IMG/VR virus record: IMGVR_UViG_3300006028_000003
Coordinates: 1 to 64,000 of that record
Length of the DNA: 64,000 nt
Reading direction: 5' to 3' (one strand)
Source of the DNA: a virus
The notes beneath the pieces are model-generated. The model ran no database searches, was not told where the DNA came from, and saw only the letters and a list, made by a program, of their open reading frames with translations. The stretch's first letter is position 1; each line of letters opens with the position of its first letter. Position numbers and translations under genes: made by a program. Below are positions 29,532-38,713 of this stretch, in pieces.

Positions 29532-31276
29532 ACCGCAAGTTCCGCTTCCACATGGTGACGATGCCCCACGTACAAGTCAACAAACATTGGAACGCCTGCG
29601 CCTATACTCAGAAGGATGTCAAGTACGTGGCCGCCATGGCCCCGCGAGGCCACGAGATCATTCTCTATGGCAACGAAGGCTCGAACGTCGGCCATGGCGT
29701 CGAGATTGTCCAGCTCCTAACCGAAGAGGAAAGGTCTTCATGGTTCGGAGGCCACAACAAGCAAAAGCTATACGATCTTCGTTGGGACAGTAACGAACCC
29801 TATTGGCGCCTGCAAGCGGAACGCGCGATCCCGGCTCTGAAAGCCCGGGTTAGAAAGGGTGACTTTATCCTTTCTCTTTCGGGGTGCTGCCATCAACCGA
29901 TCGCGGATCACTTCCCCGGAAGCTACTCAGGTAATCCAACCGGCCCTATGTGGGTCGAGTATGGGTGTGGGTACTATGGAATTTTCTCGAAGCGAGTCGT
30001 TTACGAGAGCGAGACTCATCGGTCTTGGCTCCATGGTCGACGCGACAGTCGCGTAGGCGATTTCCACGATGCGGTGGTGCCGAACTATTGGGACCTTTCC
30101 GAGTTTGCCCTCGCGCGAGAAGAGGTTGAGCCTTACTTTTTGTTTGTAGGGAGGATCATTGAAGACAAGGGCTGGCGCGTCGCCGTTGAGGTGACGAAAG
30201 CGATCGGAGCCAAGTTGGTTCTCGCCGGTCAAGGCGATCCCGGAGCTTTGCCGGATCACGTTACCTTTATTGGCCATGTCGACATCCCGACGCGAAACCT
30301 ACTGATGACCAACGCCATCGCAACCTTCTGCCCTACAACGTTCAGGGAGCCATTTGGGGGCACCGCCGCTGAAACGCAGCTTTGCGGGACTCCCGCGATC
30401 ACCACCGACTATGGAGCGTTTGTAGAGACGACCCTCCCTGAATGGAGGTGCGCGACTCATCGTGAGTTCGTCGAGGCGGCTATGAGAGCCCAGACGTTGA
30501 CCGTAGGGGATAGGGCCGCGATCAAGGCTAGGGCGTCGTCGCTCTACTCTCTCGAGGCCGCGGCGGTTCTGTACGAGCGTTACTTCTCCCGGATCCTTTC
30601 AGTTTGGTGGGGAGGCTACTACGAGATGAGAGACCTCGACACCTTGGGGCTCCCTTCCTCAGAGTCGGTCGAATTGCCGCCTCTGGTGGATCAACCCCTA
30701 CCTCCCCCGAGCGCGGTTTGCGACTTCACGAAGATCACCGACGAAGAAACCCCCCAAGCGATTCGGCTAGCTTCTTGGTTCCGCCAGAAGCATCCGGATA
30801 AGCGAATCCTCGATGTGGGGTGCGGGCCTGGGATCTACGTCGAAGAGATGCGGAAGGTTGGGATCGAGGCCTATGGGGTGGATAACGATGAGCGGTTAGT
30901 GGAAGGCCCATACCTTACTCGGTTCGACATCACTGAGCTGTGGGAAGAGTTTATCGATGGCGTGGGAGCTTACCCCGATGTCATCTTGAGCCTTGAGGTT
31001 GGCGAGCACATTCCCGAAGAGAAGGCCGATGCCTATATCGAGTTTCTTATGATGTGCGAGCCGGATCTAATCTACTTCAGCGCGGCTCGACCCGGCCAAG
31101 GCGGCAACGGCCACATCAACCTCCAACCTAAATCTTACTGGATCAAGAAATTTTACGCTGCCGGATTCTGGCTCGATGTCGATGCGGCCGAGGAGGCCCT
31201 AGCCTTCATCCGGTCTGGGTACCACCTTGGGTGGCTTACCCAAAACCTTTGCGTCTTTCGCCGAGCCAGCGACTAG
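29528..31276 (+). CDS. GT4 (GT-B) glycosyltransferase fused to a C-terminal SAM methyltransferase
   Basis: FLFVGRIIEDKG and EPFGGTAAE..LCGTP; C-terminal ILDVGCGPG, SLEVGEHI, FSAARPGQGGNGHIN. Confidence 0.88.
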   Translation: MNRKFRFHMVTMPHVQVNKHWNACAYTQKDVKYVAAMAPRGHEIILYGNEGSNVGHGVEIVQLLTEEERSSWFGGHNKQKLYDLRWDSNEPYWRLQAERAIPALKARVRKGDFILSLSGCCHQPIADHFPGSYSGNPTGPMWVEYGCGYYGIFSKRVVYESETHRSWLHGRRDSRVGDFHDAVVPNYWDLSEFALAREEVEPYFLFVGRIIEDKGWRVAVEVTKAIGAKLVLAGQGDPGALPDHVTFIGHVDIPTRNLLMTNAIATFCPTTFREPFGGTAAETQLCGTPAITTDYGAFVETTLPEWRCATHREFVEAAMRAQTLTVGDRAAIKARASSLYSLEAAAVLYERYFSRILSVWWGGYYEMRDLDTLGLPSSESVELPPLVDQPLPPPSAVCDFTKITDEETPQAIRLASWFRQKHPDKRILDVGCGPGIYVEEMRKVGIEAYGVDNDERLVEGPYLTRFDITELWEEFIDGVGAYPDVILSLEVGEHIPEEKADAYIEFLMMCEPDLIYFSAARPGQGGNGHINLQPKSYWIKKFYAAGFWLDVDAAEEALAFIRSGYHLGWLTQNLCVFRRASD

Positions 31277-31533
31277 CGTTGTCTCTCCATCCACTTCGAC
31301 AGCGCGGCCCGATCCACAAAGCGCTTGCCCCAACAAATCTCGCAGGTCTGTCGGCTCGCCTTGTGGAGGTGGCCCTCGAACCATGTCTCGGTGACGATTT
31401 CCCCAGTCGGCTCTCCGTTAGGCCCTGGGCAGGCCGGGCACTTGGCGACGAAGCGATCGGGTTTGGTGTCCTCCTCGTCTGAGAAAGAGATCGGCCGGTT
31501 GGCCTTCGGGAACTTCGAGGGGTCGCGGGGCAT
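31273..31533 (-). CDS. Small Zn-finger protein
   Basis: CPAC...CEIC.G motifs. Confidence 0.45.
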   Translation of the reverse strand: MPRDPSKFPKANRPISFSDEEDTKPDRFVAKCPACPGPNGEPTGEIVTETWFEGHLHKASRQTCEICWGKRFVDRAALSKWMERQR

Positions 31534-31593
31534 CTGAGCCAAGACTAACATAGACCTAGCGCTCGAACAAGTTTATAGCTATCATCTGCGTCA

Positions 31594-32397
31594 ATGAGGG
31601 CCATCGATCTGTCCGGACGCGTTTTTGGAAGACTCACGGTAGAGGAACGCGCTGAGAACACACCGTTAGGGCAGGCGAAATGGCGTTGCCGATGCTCGTG
31701 CGGCGGAACGGCGAATTCGACCAGCTACAACCTAAGGAATGGCAAGTCGACCTCGTGTGGATGTAGAAGGTCAGAGGCTGCGCCGGATGTCACTATCGAC
31801 CTAACTGGAAAGACGTTCGGTAATCTAAAGGTCATACGGCGCGTTGGCACTAAACGCCAGCAGGCGTTGTGGCGCTGCCGGTGCTCATGTGGACGTACGG
31901 CAGATGTTGTTGGGTACAACCTTCGTAGCGGAACTACGCGAACGTGCGGATGCGGTAAGGCGCAAAACGGACGAAAGCATGGGGGGTATAAGACATCAGA
32001 ATACAGTGTTTGGCGTAGCATGCTCAACCGCTGCTATAACACTAAGGCCGACTGTTACTCCTATTATGGAGGCCGCGGCATAACGGTATGCGATCGGTGG
32101 CGGAAGTCGTTCATATTATTTCGAGAGGACATGGGCCGGCGCCCATCGCTGCGGCACTCAATCGAGCGTCGAAAAAACGATCGCGGCTACAGCCCCGATA
32201 ACTGTTATTGGGCAACCACTATTCAGCAGAACAGGAATAAAAGAACGGTAAAGCGCTACGCTTACGCCGGTAGAGAGATGACATTACCCGAATGGCTCCA
32301 AGAGCTTCGCCCTACTTGGGCATACTCGAAAGCATGGCAGCGATTACGACGGGGTCTTTCATTTACCCAAGCACTGGAGCTCGACGTCAATGGCTGA
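31594..32397 (+). CDS. HNH-type homing endonuclease 2 with two N-terminal Cys repeats
   Basis: Two DL.G..FG.L.V...W.CRCSCG...L..G...SCGC repeats followed by EYSVW..M..RC, YGGRGI, NC.WAT. Confidence 0.85.
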   Translation: MRAIDLSGRVFGRLTVEERAENTPLGQAKWRCRCSCGGTANSTSYNLRNGKSTSCGCRRSEAAPDVTIDLTGKTFGNLKVIRRVGTKRQQALWRCRCSCGRTADVVGYNLRSGTTRTCGCGKAQNGRKHGGYKTSEYSVWRSMLNRCYNTKADCYSYYGGRGITVCDRWRKSFILFREDMGRRPSLRHSIERRKNDRGYSPDNCYWATTIQQNRNKRTVKRYAYAGREMTLPEWLQELRPTWAYSKAWQRLRRGLSFTQALELDVNG

Positions 32398-32806
32398 ACG
32401 CGTTTCATCGAACGATTTACTATTCGAGCTTTTACAAGAAATAGTCAGGGAGCGTCAGCGCGACATGGGCGAGGGCATCACCCTCCGAGCCCTCAACAAG
32501 CGCTTCGACGAACACCTCGCCGAGGATGAGCGCCGCCACGAGAAGAGTGATGACCGGATCCGGAAGCTCGAAGAGCATATGGCCCGCTCCGAGGCCCACG
32601 TCGAGACGACGGCTCGCTTCATCATCCCCCCGACCCCCCCGGTGGCCCAGGTCACCATCAACGGAAACCACTCGAAGCGACCGACGATCACCAAGGGGCT
32701 AAAGGAAGCGATGAGCAACCCCATCATCAAGTGGGTCGGAATTGCTCTCGCTTTAGCGGCTTCCCACCTAGCGGCCCGTTGCGGGATCCCCCCGCTCCCC
32801 CACTAG
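32390..32806 (+). CDS. Coiled-coil protein with C-terminal TM (holin or spanin candidate)
   Basis: Charged coiled coil followed by [13 protein letters not shown]. Confidence 0.45.
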   Translation: MAERVSSNDLLFELLQEIVRERQRDMGEGITLRALNKRFDEHLAEDERRHEKSDDRIRKLEEHMARSEAHVETTARFIIPPTPPVAQVTINGNHSKRPTITKGLKEAMSNPIIKWVGIALALAASHLAARCGIPPLPH

Positions 32807-33654
32807 GGGCCGAAGCGCCGGATCATCAACCGGCCTTCGCTCGCCGGCACCTGGCAGTTCCCGGAGCCCCCCGTTGCAGTGCAAACTAGCGTGCACGTGT
32901 GGGCGCCGACGGAGAACCCTTGGTCACCGATGAACGTAGAGCATTCGCAGAAGGTCTGGCCGGAGAGGAGCTCGTCTTGCTGAGCGGTCCCGATGACGGT
33001 CCCCCCATCGACGAAAATGTCAACGGTGACTTGGCTCCCGGTAGCGAGGCCCTCGCTTATGTTTTGGAAGGTGACCGCGGCGTGAAGGTCAACGGTTTGG
33101 CCGGGGGCGGTGATGGTGAAGCCTCCGATCAGCGTCGCGACCGTCGTGTTCGTCGCCCCCACCGGGACAGCGGATACGTTTCGGATGACGTTGGCGGCAG
33201 AGGCCGCGCCGGCTAGGCCGGTTGGCCCCGTAGCTCCGGAGGCCCCCGCGGGTCCCGTCGCGCCGGTTGGCCCTGTCGCCCCTACGCCGGTCGGTCCGGT
33301 CGGTCCGGAAGGCCCCGTTGGTCCGAGAGCGCCGGTTGCTCCGGTGACTCCTGCGCCGGTTGCGCCGGCTGGCCCCGTCGCCCCTGTCGGCCCGCTCGGT
33401 CCGGTAGCGCCAGCACCTGGTCCGGTAGCGCCCTGAGCGCCTGTCGCGCCTGTTGCGCCTGCTCCAGTGGGTCCCGTCGGTCCGCTGGGTCCGGTCGAGC
33501 CGGAAGGCCCCGTCGCTCCGGTTACTCCAGCGCCGGTTGCTCCCGTGGGGCCTAGGGGTCCAGTGGGGCCGGAAGGGCCAGTGGCGCCCCCCGGAGCATC
33601 GGATCCGTAGACCCCACCGTGACGAATCCGACCGCCGCGCTCGAGTCTGCTCAT
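32803..33654 (-). CDS. Collagen-like fibre protein with C-terminal beta-sandwich head
   Basis: About 40 G-[PA]-[TS] triplets. Confidence 0.82.
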   Translation of the reverse strand: MSRLERGGRIRHGGVYGSDAPGGATGPSGPTGPLGPTGATGAGVTGATGPSGSTGPSGPTGPTGAGATGATGAQGATGPGAGATGPSGPTGATGPAGATGAGVTGATGALGPTGPSGPTGPTGVGATGPTGATGPAGASGATGPTGLAGAASAANVIRNVSAVPVGATNTTVATLIGGFTITAPGQTVDLHAAVTFQNISEGLATGSQVTVDIFVDGGTVIGTAQQDELLSGQTFCECSTFIGDQGFSVGAHTCTLVCTATGGSGNCQVPASEGRLMIRRFGP

Positions 33655-33657
33655 GGC

Positions 33658-34461
33658 TCAACCGTCCACGATGGCTACAACGGTTCTCGCTACGTTGACC
33701 GTGACAACCCCTGGCGCTACCTCGCCGGCCGCTATCCCGAAGGTTCGCGCGAGACCGTTGCCGGGCGCCTCGAGGGTCCAACTGACGGTCGAAAGCCCAG
33801 GGAGGTCATCGACCGCAGAGTTACCGACGGTCTGAGAGAACCCATCGATCTGCGTCGTCGCAACCCCGTCGAAGATTTGCATCGCGACGTTGTCTTGGGT
33901 CCCAGCAGCCGCACTCATCGTGAGGCTACAGCTGATGATTGCCTTCTGGAGCGCAGTGAAGGGGGCCGTCGTGACGCTTGCTCCGGCGATAGCAACGAAG
34001 CTTCCGGTGAGCGCCTGCGGAGTGGTTCCCTTCGCAGTGTAGGTCGGGGGTGGGGTGAAGATGCCCCCCGCGGTCGGCGCCGTGATGGCGAACCAGGCCC
34101 CTACGGAGACGTCGTAGAAGCAAATCGCGAAGGCCCCTGCGGAGGCCGGAAGCACCAGCGACGATGCCCCGTTGATGAGCTTCCCGTCCGGAGCGGTGAT
34201 GGTGATCACCTGAGCCCCATCTACGTCCAAAATTCCGACACTATGTGCCTCTTTCAAACCAGCCCCCGGCGGGATTGCGGCGGTGGTTGCGTTTGGAAGA
34301 AGGATCGAGACGGGTGCGGATGCCCCCTGAATTGCCGTCAGGGCGCCGTATGGTATTGAGCCGACAGAGCTACCTGCGATAACACGTACTCTCTCGAAAA
34401 AAGAAGTGTACGCAAGTCGTGCCCATAGGGCTAACGCCGATTGAGTTCTTCCCTTGGCCAT
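33658..34461 (-). CDS. Putative virion structural protein, partner of the collagen fibre
   Basis: Ala/Thr/Gly-rich beta protein; N-terminal ALALWARLAYTS resembles 56838-57305. Confidence 0.55.
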   Translation of the reverse strand: MAKGRTQSALALWARLAYTSFFERVRVIAGSSVGSIPYGALTAIQGASAPVSILLPNATTAAIPPGAGLKEAHSVGILDVDGAQVITITAPDGKLINGASSLVLPASAGAFAICFYDVSVGAWFAITAPTAGGIFTPPPTYTAKGTTPQALTGSFVAIAGASVTTAPFTALQKAIISCSLTMSAAAGTQDNVAMQIFDGVATTQIDGFSQTVGNSAVDDLPGLSTVSWTLEAPGNGLARTFGIAAGEVAPGVVTVNVARTVVAIVDG

Positions 34462-34468
34462 AACGCCC

Positions 34469-35320
34469 TCAGTAGTGAATAGCTCGCGCTAGATCATCGG
34501 AAGTACCGGTGTGGTTAGCGCTACGGTGTTTTGGGGTGGTCAACGCTTTCTCGGCGGACCATCCAAGGCTAGTTATTCTCGTCCACACTAAGTAAAGGTC
34601 TGCGCCATAATTATCGCAGGCTTCTTTGAGGCTCATGCGCTCGCCGTAGACTACGATCCAGCGTGTAGATCGGCGGTTACGCGTTTGCTCGACCCGCGTC
34701 GCCCAACGGCAATTAGCAGGCGCGTATGGCCCGTCGCCATCAATGCGATCCACCGAATGGCTCTTGGATGGCCTAGGGCCCATATCGGCTAGAAACCGCA
34801 TGAAGCCTCCCGGCCCTAGCCAAATGGGATCAACAGTGATCCCACGTCCGCCGTATCGGATATACGACTTAGTTTTGGTGTTTTGGCATCTGCGAATAAT
34901 GCCGCACCAGATACTGTACTCGTTTGTCTTCGATCTCCCGTGGGGCCTATTTATGCATCCGCAAGATTTTGTCTTGCCGGACTTGAGTCGCGTGACAAAG
35001 GAGTGCATCTCGCGCCCGCAATCGCAGCGGCACACCCAACCCCATTTACCATCACGGTCTCTACGCTCAGGTCGTAGGGCAACTAGCCGCCCAAATCGTT
35101 CACCGGTGATGTCGATCCAGGGCGCAGCCGATGCTTTACGTCCAACCGACTCACACCCACACGATCGCACACCGCCGTTGCGTAGGTGCCCGCTGCGGAC
35201 GAGCTTATCATTACCGCAGTCGCACCGGCAGAGCCAGACGGCTCCATTGTGACGTTCGGCTACAGCAACAGCGACCAGTCGTCCGAACTTCTGGCCTCTG
35301 AGATCGATCGACGTGGTCAT
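34469..35320 (-). CDS. HNH-type homing endonuclease 3
   Basis: Same architecture as 31594-32397; likely start MTTSIDLRG. Confidence 0.85.
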   Translation of the reverse strand: MTTSIDLRGQKFGRLVAVAVAERHNGAVWLCRCDCGNDKLVRSGHLRNGGVRSCGCESVGRKASAAPWIDITGERFGRLVALRPERRDRDGKWGWVCRCDCGREMHSFVTRLKSGKTKSCGCINRPHGRSKTNEYSIWCGIIRRCQNTKTKSYIRYGGRGITVDPIWLGPGGFMRFLADMGPRPSKSHSVDRIDGDGPYAPANCRWATRVEQTRNRRSTRWIVVYGERMSLKEACDNYGADLYLVWTRITSLGWSAEKALTTPKHRSANHTGTSDDLARAIHY

Positions 35321-35342
35321 CCCGAGGAGGATAATACCAGCT

Positions 35343-35627
35343 CTAGTGAGCCATCGCAACGCCACCGAGGAGGCCCAAAATGCCGAGCGCCACCGCGGCC
35401 CCCGCGACCGCCCCCGCAATAGCCCCAGGGAGCCAGCTAGTGAGCACCTTGGCCGCCGCAAGCTTCAACGCGGTGTTGGCGAGGCTCTTCGTCATCACCT
35501 CGCATCGGGTCACTCGATCGTCGAGGCCGTCGACCATCGGGATCCGCGTCTCGATGCGATGGATGAGGGTGTCGACCTTCGAGGTGAGGATTTCCAGTTG
35601 GCCCCGGATTCCGTCGAGGTCGTTCAT
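35343..35627 (-). CDS. Coiled-coil plus C-terminal TM protein
   Basis: Heptad pattern then WLPGAIAGAVAGAAVALGILGLLGG. Confidence 0.5.
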   Translation of the reverse strand: MNDLDGIRGQLEILTSKVDTLIHRIETRIPMVDGLDDRVTRCEVMTKSLANTALKLAAAKVLTSWLPGAIAGAVAGAAVALGILGLLGGVAMAH

Positions 35628-36290
35628 CCCTAAAGTCTTCGCGCAAGTGGCCGTAGACGTCAAGGCAGGGTTTTGCCGGACCCCTTGCAGTCGGAGCATT
35701 GCTGGTAGAGCATGTGGGGGCTATCGGAGGGAATGTAACCGTAGCCATCACAACGTTTGCAGAACTCCCGCCTCGCCTTGCGGAAGAGGAAGAGGAGCCA
35801 CGGGATCAATCGGTCATCCTCTCCTTGAGGATCTTCTGCAGCTGAGCAAAGAGGCCATCAGCTACGGTGAGGCCGTAGAAGACCCTCGCGATTATTTCCT
35901 CGGGGAGGGGCTTCAAGAGTGCGAGGGTGAAGGTCCGGCCTCGGGTGTTGACGAGCTCTTGGATGGTGAAGCGCTCTTGGGTACCGCGGGTTTCCATCAG
36001 AGATCCTTTTCATGGAAGGCTCGACAAGCCATCCAGCCGGAGGCAATCCAAAAGGCGATGAGAAGAAGCATCTGGGGGCCGCTAATATCGATCATTAGCC
36101 ACTAGGCTCGATAGGGTAATCATTGAACATTGCTGATCGCAGCCGTGAACGTTCCCTTTGCAGGTACAGTGCCAGGCGGGCCCGAATATACCGTCATGCC
36201 ATTTGGGGGTGCAGCCGGCCATGATAGCGTTGGTTTGTATCTCAGCGCCGCACATGCATAGAGGGCCCCCCTCACACCACCATTGATGAG

Positions 36291-36863
36291 TCATTGGCAA
36301 ACCACCACACTCCCCGGCTTCATTCCCGGGGCCCCATTATCGATGCATCTCGCTACCGTCTGGCCGTAGACCGCGCAAGGGTTGGGGTCAGCGGCGAGGA
36401 TACATCGGCAATTGTAGTCACATCGACAGGGGTTTGGGGTAGGGATTGAATGCCCCGGCGCAGTTGTAGCGGCGGCTTCGTCGACGCAAAAGTCGCCCGG
36501 AGCCAAAACCGCGATTCGATCGGTGCCGCAAGTGAAGGCGCTTGGCGGAATAGGAGTGCAGGCGTCAGAGGCATCAGCATCGGGGGAAGCTTCAATGGAA
36601 GCCTCGGTGGCTTCGGCTTCATGGGAAGCGTCAGGGGCCCCGGCGTCGGGCTTGGGAGCTTTGAAGGCATCCGGAAGCCTCGCATCTGGGGGTGTCTCCT
36701 CAGGGGGGCTCGCTTCAGAGGGGCTTGCTTCGGGGGGGCCCGCTTCGCCGGTTGGATCCGGTCCAAGCAAAGTGAAGGCGGCGCCGCCGCATCCGAAAGC
36801 CCCAAAAATGAGGGCTAGCTCGAGAAGAGCGATGATAGCGATGAAGAGGTAGGCTATTTTCAT
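36291..36863 (-). CDS. Putative lipoprotein with Pro/Asp/Ala linker and Cys-rich C-terminus
   Basis: Hydrophobic leader ending AFGC, EAS/DAG/DAS repeats, multiple Cys. Confidence 0.6.
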   Translation of the reverse strand: MKIAYLFIAIIALLELALIFGAFGCGGAAFTLLGPDPTGEAGPPEASPSEASPPEETPPDARLPDAFKAPKPDAGAPDASHEAEATEASIEASPDADASDACTPIPPSAFTCGTDRIAVLAPGDFCVDEAAATTAPGHSIPTPNPCRCDYNCRCILAADPNPCAVYGQTVARCIDNGAPGMKPGSVVVCQ

Positions 36864-37386
36864 GTGTCAGCTGTTTTGGCTAGGAATTTGTTGTCATCTT
36901 GAAGATCTTGAATTTGTTCTTCTAGGGCCTCCTCTCCGCCCGCTTCCGTTTACACGGCAAGCTCAAAAGAACGACGATGGTCGTGATCGTCGCCAGGATT
37001 GCCAACATCTCCATCACTCCCTCTCCGCCCGCGTCCCGTGTAGCGGGCAATCGCTTAGTATCCGTTGCACGCGGACCGTCGTTGGGCACGTGCACTTCGC
37101 CTCCGCCTGCTTCGCCCGCGCGCGGATGGCGTCGAGGCGACGGACTACGGCAGCCGCGTCTTTCTTTGTCTGCACCACGAGCGCTTCATCCTCTGGGTTG
37201 GAGATCGCAACGCGAACAACACGCAGCAACTCCCTCAGCGCCTCGAGCTCCTCCGCGTCGATGGGGGCGGTGGTCATTTTTGCGACCTAAGCGCTGACTC
37301 GAGTTCGGCGATGCGTGCGGTGGACATCTCAAGCAGCCGATCACGCGCAGCGGACAGCTTTCCTCCGAGTTCGCAGCTAGTGCCTG

Positions 37387-38553
37387 TCATGGGTGCGCCG
37401 AAATGATAGGCGAGATCTCCATCGCCGTTGTCACGTCGCCGCTCCCAGTCAAGATCGTAGTCGTATCCGACGGAGATGCCGTCGCGATTGCGCCCCCGAA
37501 GCGCATTTGTTTGTTGCTAAAGTAACATCCTTGGAAAACCCCGGTGGAATTGGACCCAAACGGGAATGAGAAGAACCATTTCTGCCCGCCCAGTGGGGTA
37601 AATTGGCTAGGTCCACAAGCGTTACACTGCGTCCCGTACTGCCAGGTGAGTAGACCGCTCATAGATGCCGGCTCGCTCAGGAACACGCCGGCACTTGCGG
37701 CAAAAGTGCTCGTGTATCGGCTGGCGTACGCGATCCCATCGGAATCGCCTACGGGCCCCTTGTAGTAATAGGAGACAAACTCCTGATCCTGCCCTGGCCG
37801 CTGCACCGCCGGCCACCAATCGGCATAGGCCCCGTTCTCGCTGCCGTACGAGAGCGTGCCGCCCAAGGCCCCGTGGCTCGTATCCGTGAGGTAACCAGTA
37901 CCGATGAAGTAGGACCAGGTATCGGTGGCGATCGTGTCGAAAGCGCTCCAGAATCCGAACCCAATCCACCGCTGAGATAGTGCTTGAGACCAGGCTTCCA
38001 GCGTTACGTTTTGACCGGCCGACGACGCCGTGATCGAATGGTCGTACACCCAGTTATAGAGCGTCGCATTCGGGGCCAGGATGAAGTCCTGACTGATCCA
38101 AGACCCCCGCGCCGGCTCCATTTGGCAGGCGGTAACGAAAGTGTTGTAACCATCCGTGTCGAGGCACCATCCGGGAGCCTGCCGTAGCGTGATCCCGTAG
38201 TGAGAGCAGTAGCTAACGGTCGGATCGCAGCCTGAATAAATCGAGGTCAGCGTCCAGTCTTGCTGACGACCGCCGCTTACGGGATTGGCCCTAACAGCCA
38301 TATGGTCGGCCGGGGGCCAGCCGGAGAGCTCGAGAGCCAACCCGGCTCCCCCGCCCGCCCCTAGGCCACCATTAGTGATCCCGCCGTACGCGGCAAAGCC
38401 TGATGTAGGCTGGCTGATCGATGCGCTAACGACGTTATTCGTCATCCCATCGAAGATGATATCGCCGAGCTCGGGGGGTCTCGGGGATTCGCTGCTGCAC
38501 GCGCAGCAAATAGGTACGGCCAGAATCGCTAATTTTTTCATGGTCAATTCCAT
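37387..38553 (-). CDS. Putative lipoprotein with ricin-B-like lectin region
   Basis: MKKLAILAVPICCAC leader; QQDW, WCLDTDG, SQDF, SQRW, GQKW (QxW-type repeats). Confidence 0.55.
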   Translation of the reverse strand: MELTMKKLAILAVPICCACSSESPRPPELGDIIFDGMTNNVVSASISQPTSGFAAYGGITNGGLGAGGGAGLALELSGWPPADHMAVRANPVSGGRQQDWTLTSIYSGCDPTVSYCSHYGITLRQAPGWCLDTDGYNTFVTACQMEPARGSWISQDFILAPNATLYNWVYDHSITASSAGQNVTLEAWSQALSQRWIGFGFWSAFDTIATDTWSYFIGTGYLTDTSHGALGGTLSYGSENGAYADWWPAVQRPGQDQEFVSYYYKGPVGDSDGIAYASRYTSTFAASAGVFLSEPASMSGLLTWQYGTQCNACGPSQFTPLGGQKWFFSFPFGSNSTGVFQGCYFSNKQMRFGGAIATASPSDTTTILTGSGDVTTAMEISPIISAHP

Positions 38554-38713
38554 TTCTCATTGGGGCTGGGCTGCTTCCAGCGGCCGGTTTTCTCTTCCGG
38601 ATCGACGAGTGTATTTTTTGAGGTCTCCCAGACGTCGCCGAAGGCGAGGAGTTTGGCGGAGAGGTTGAAGAGGAGGCCCCCGAGACGGAGGGCTAGATAT
38701 TTGAGGGTGTTTC

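Noticed and set aside
33200-33600. Tandem DNA repeats as an array or diversity-generating element
   Set aside because: Explained by collagen Gly-X-Y coding; no reverse transcriptase and no template/variable repeat pair seen.
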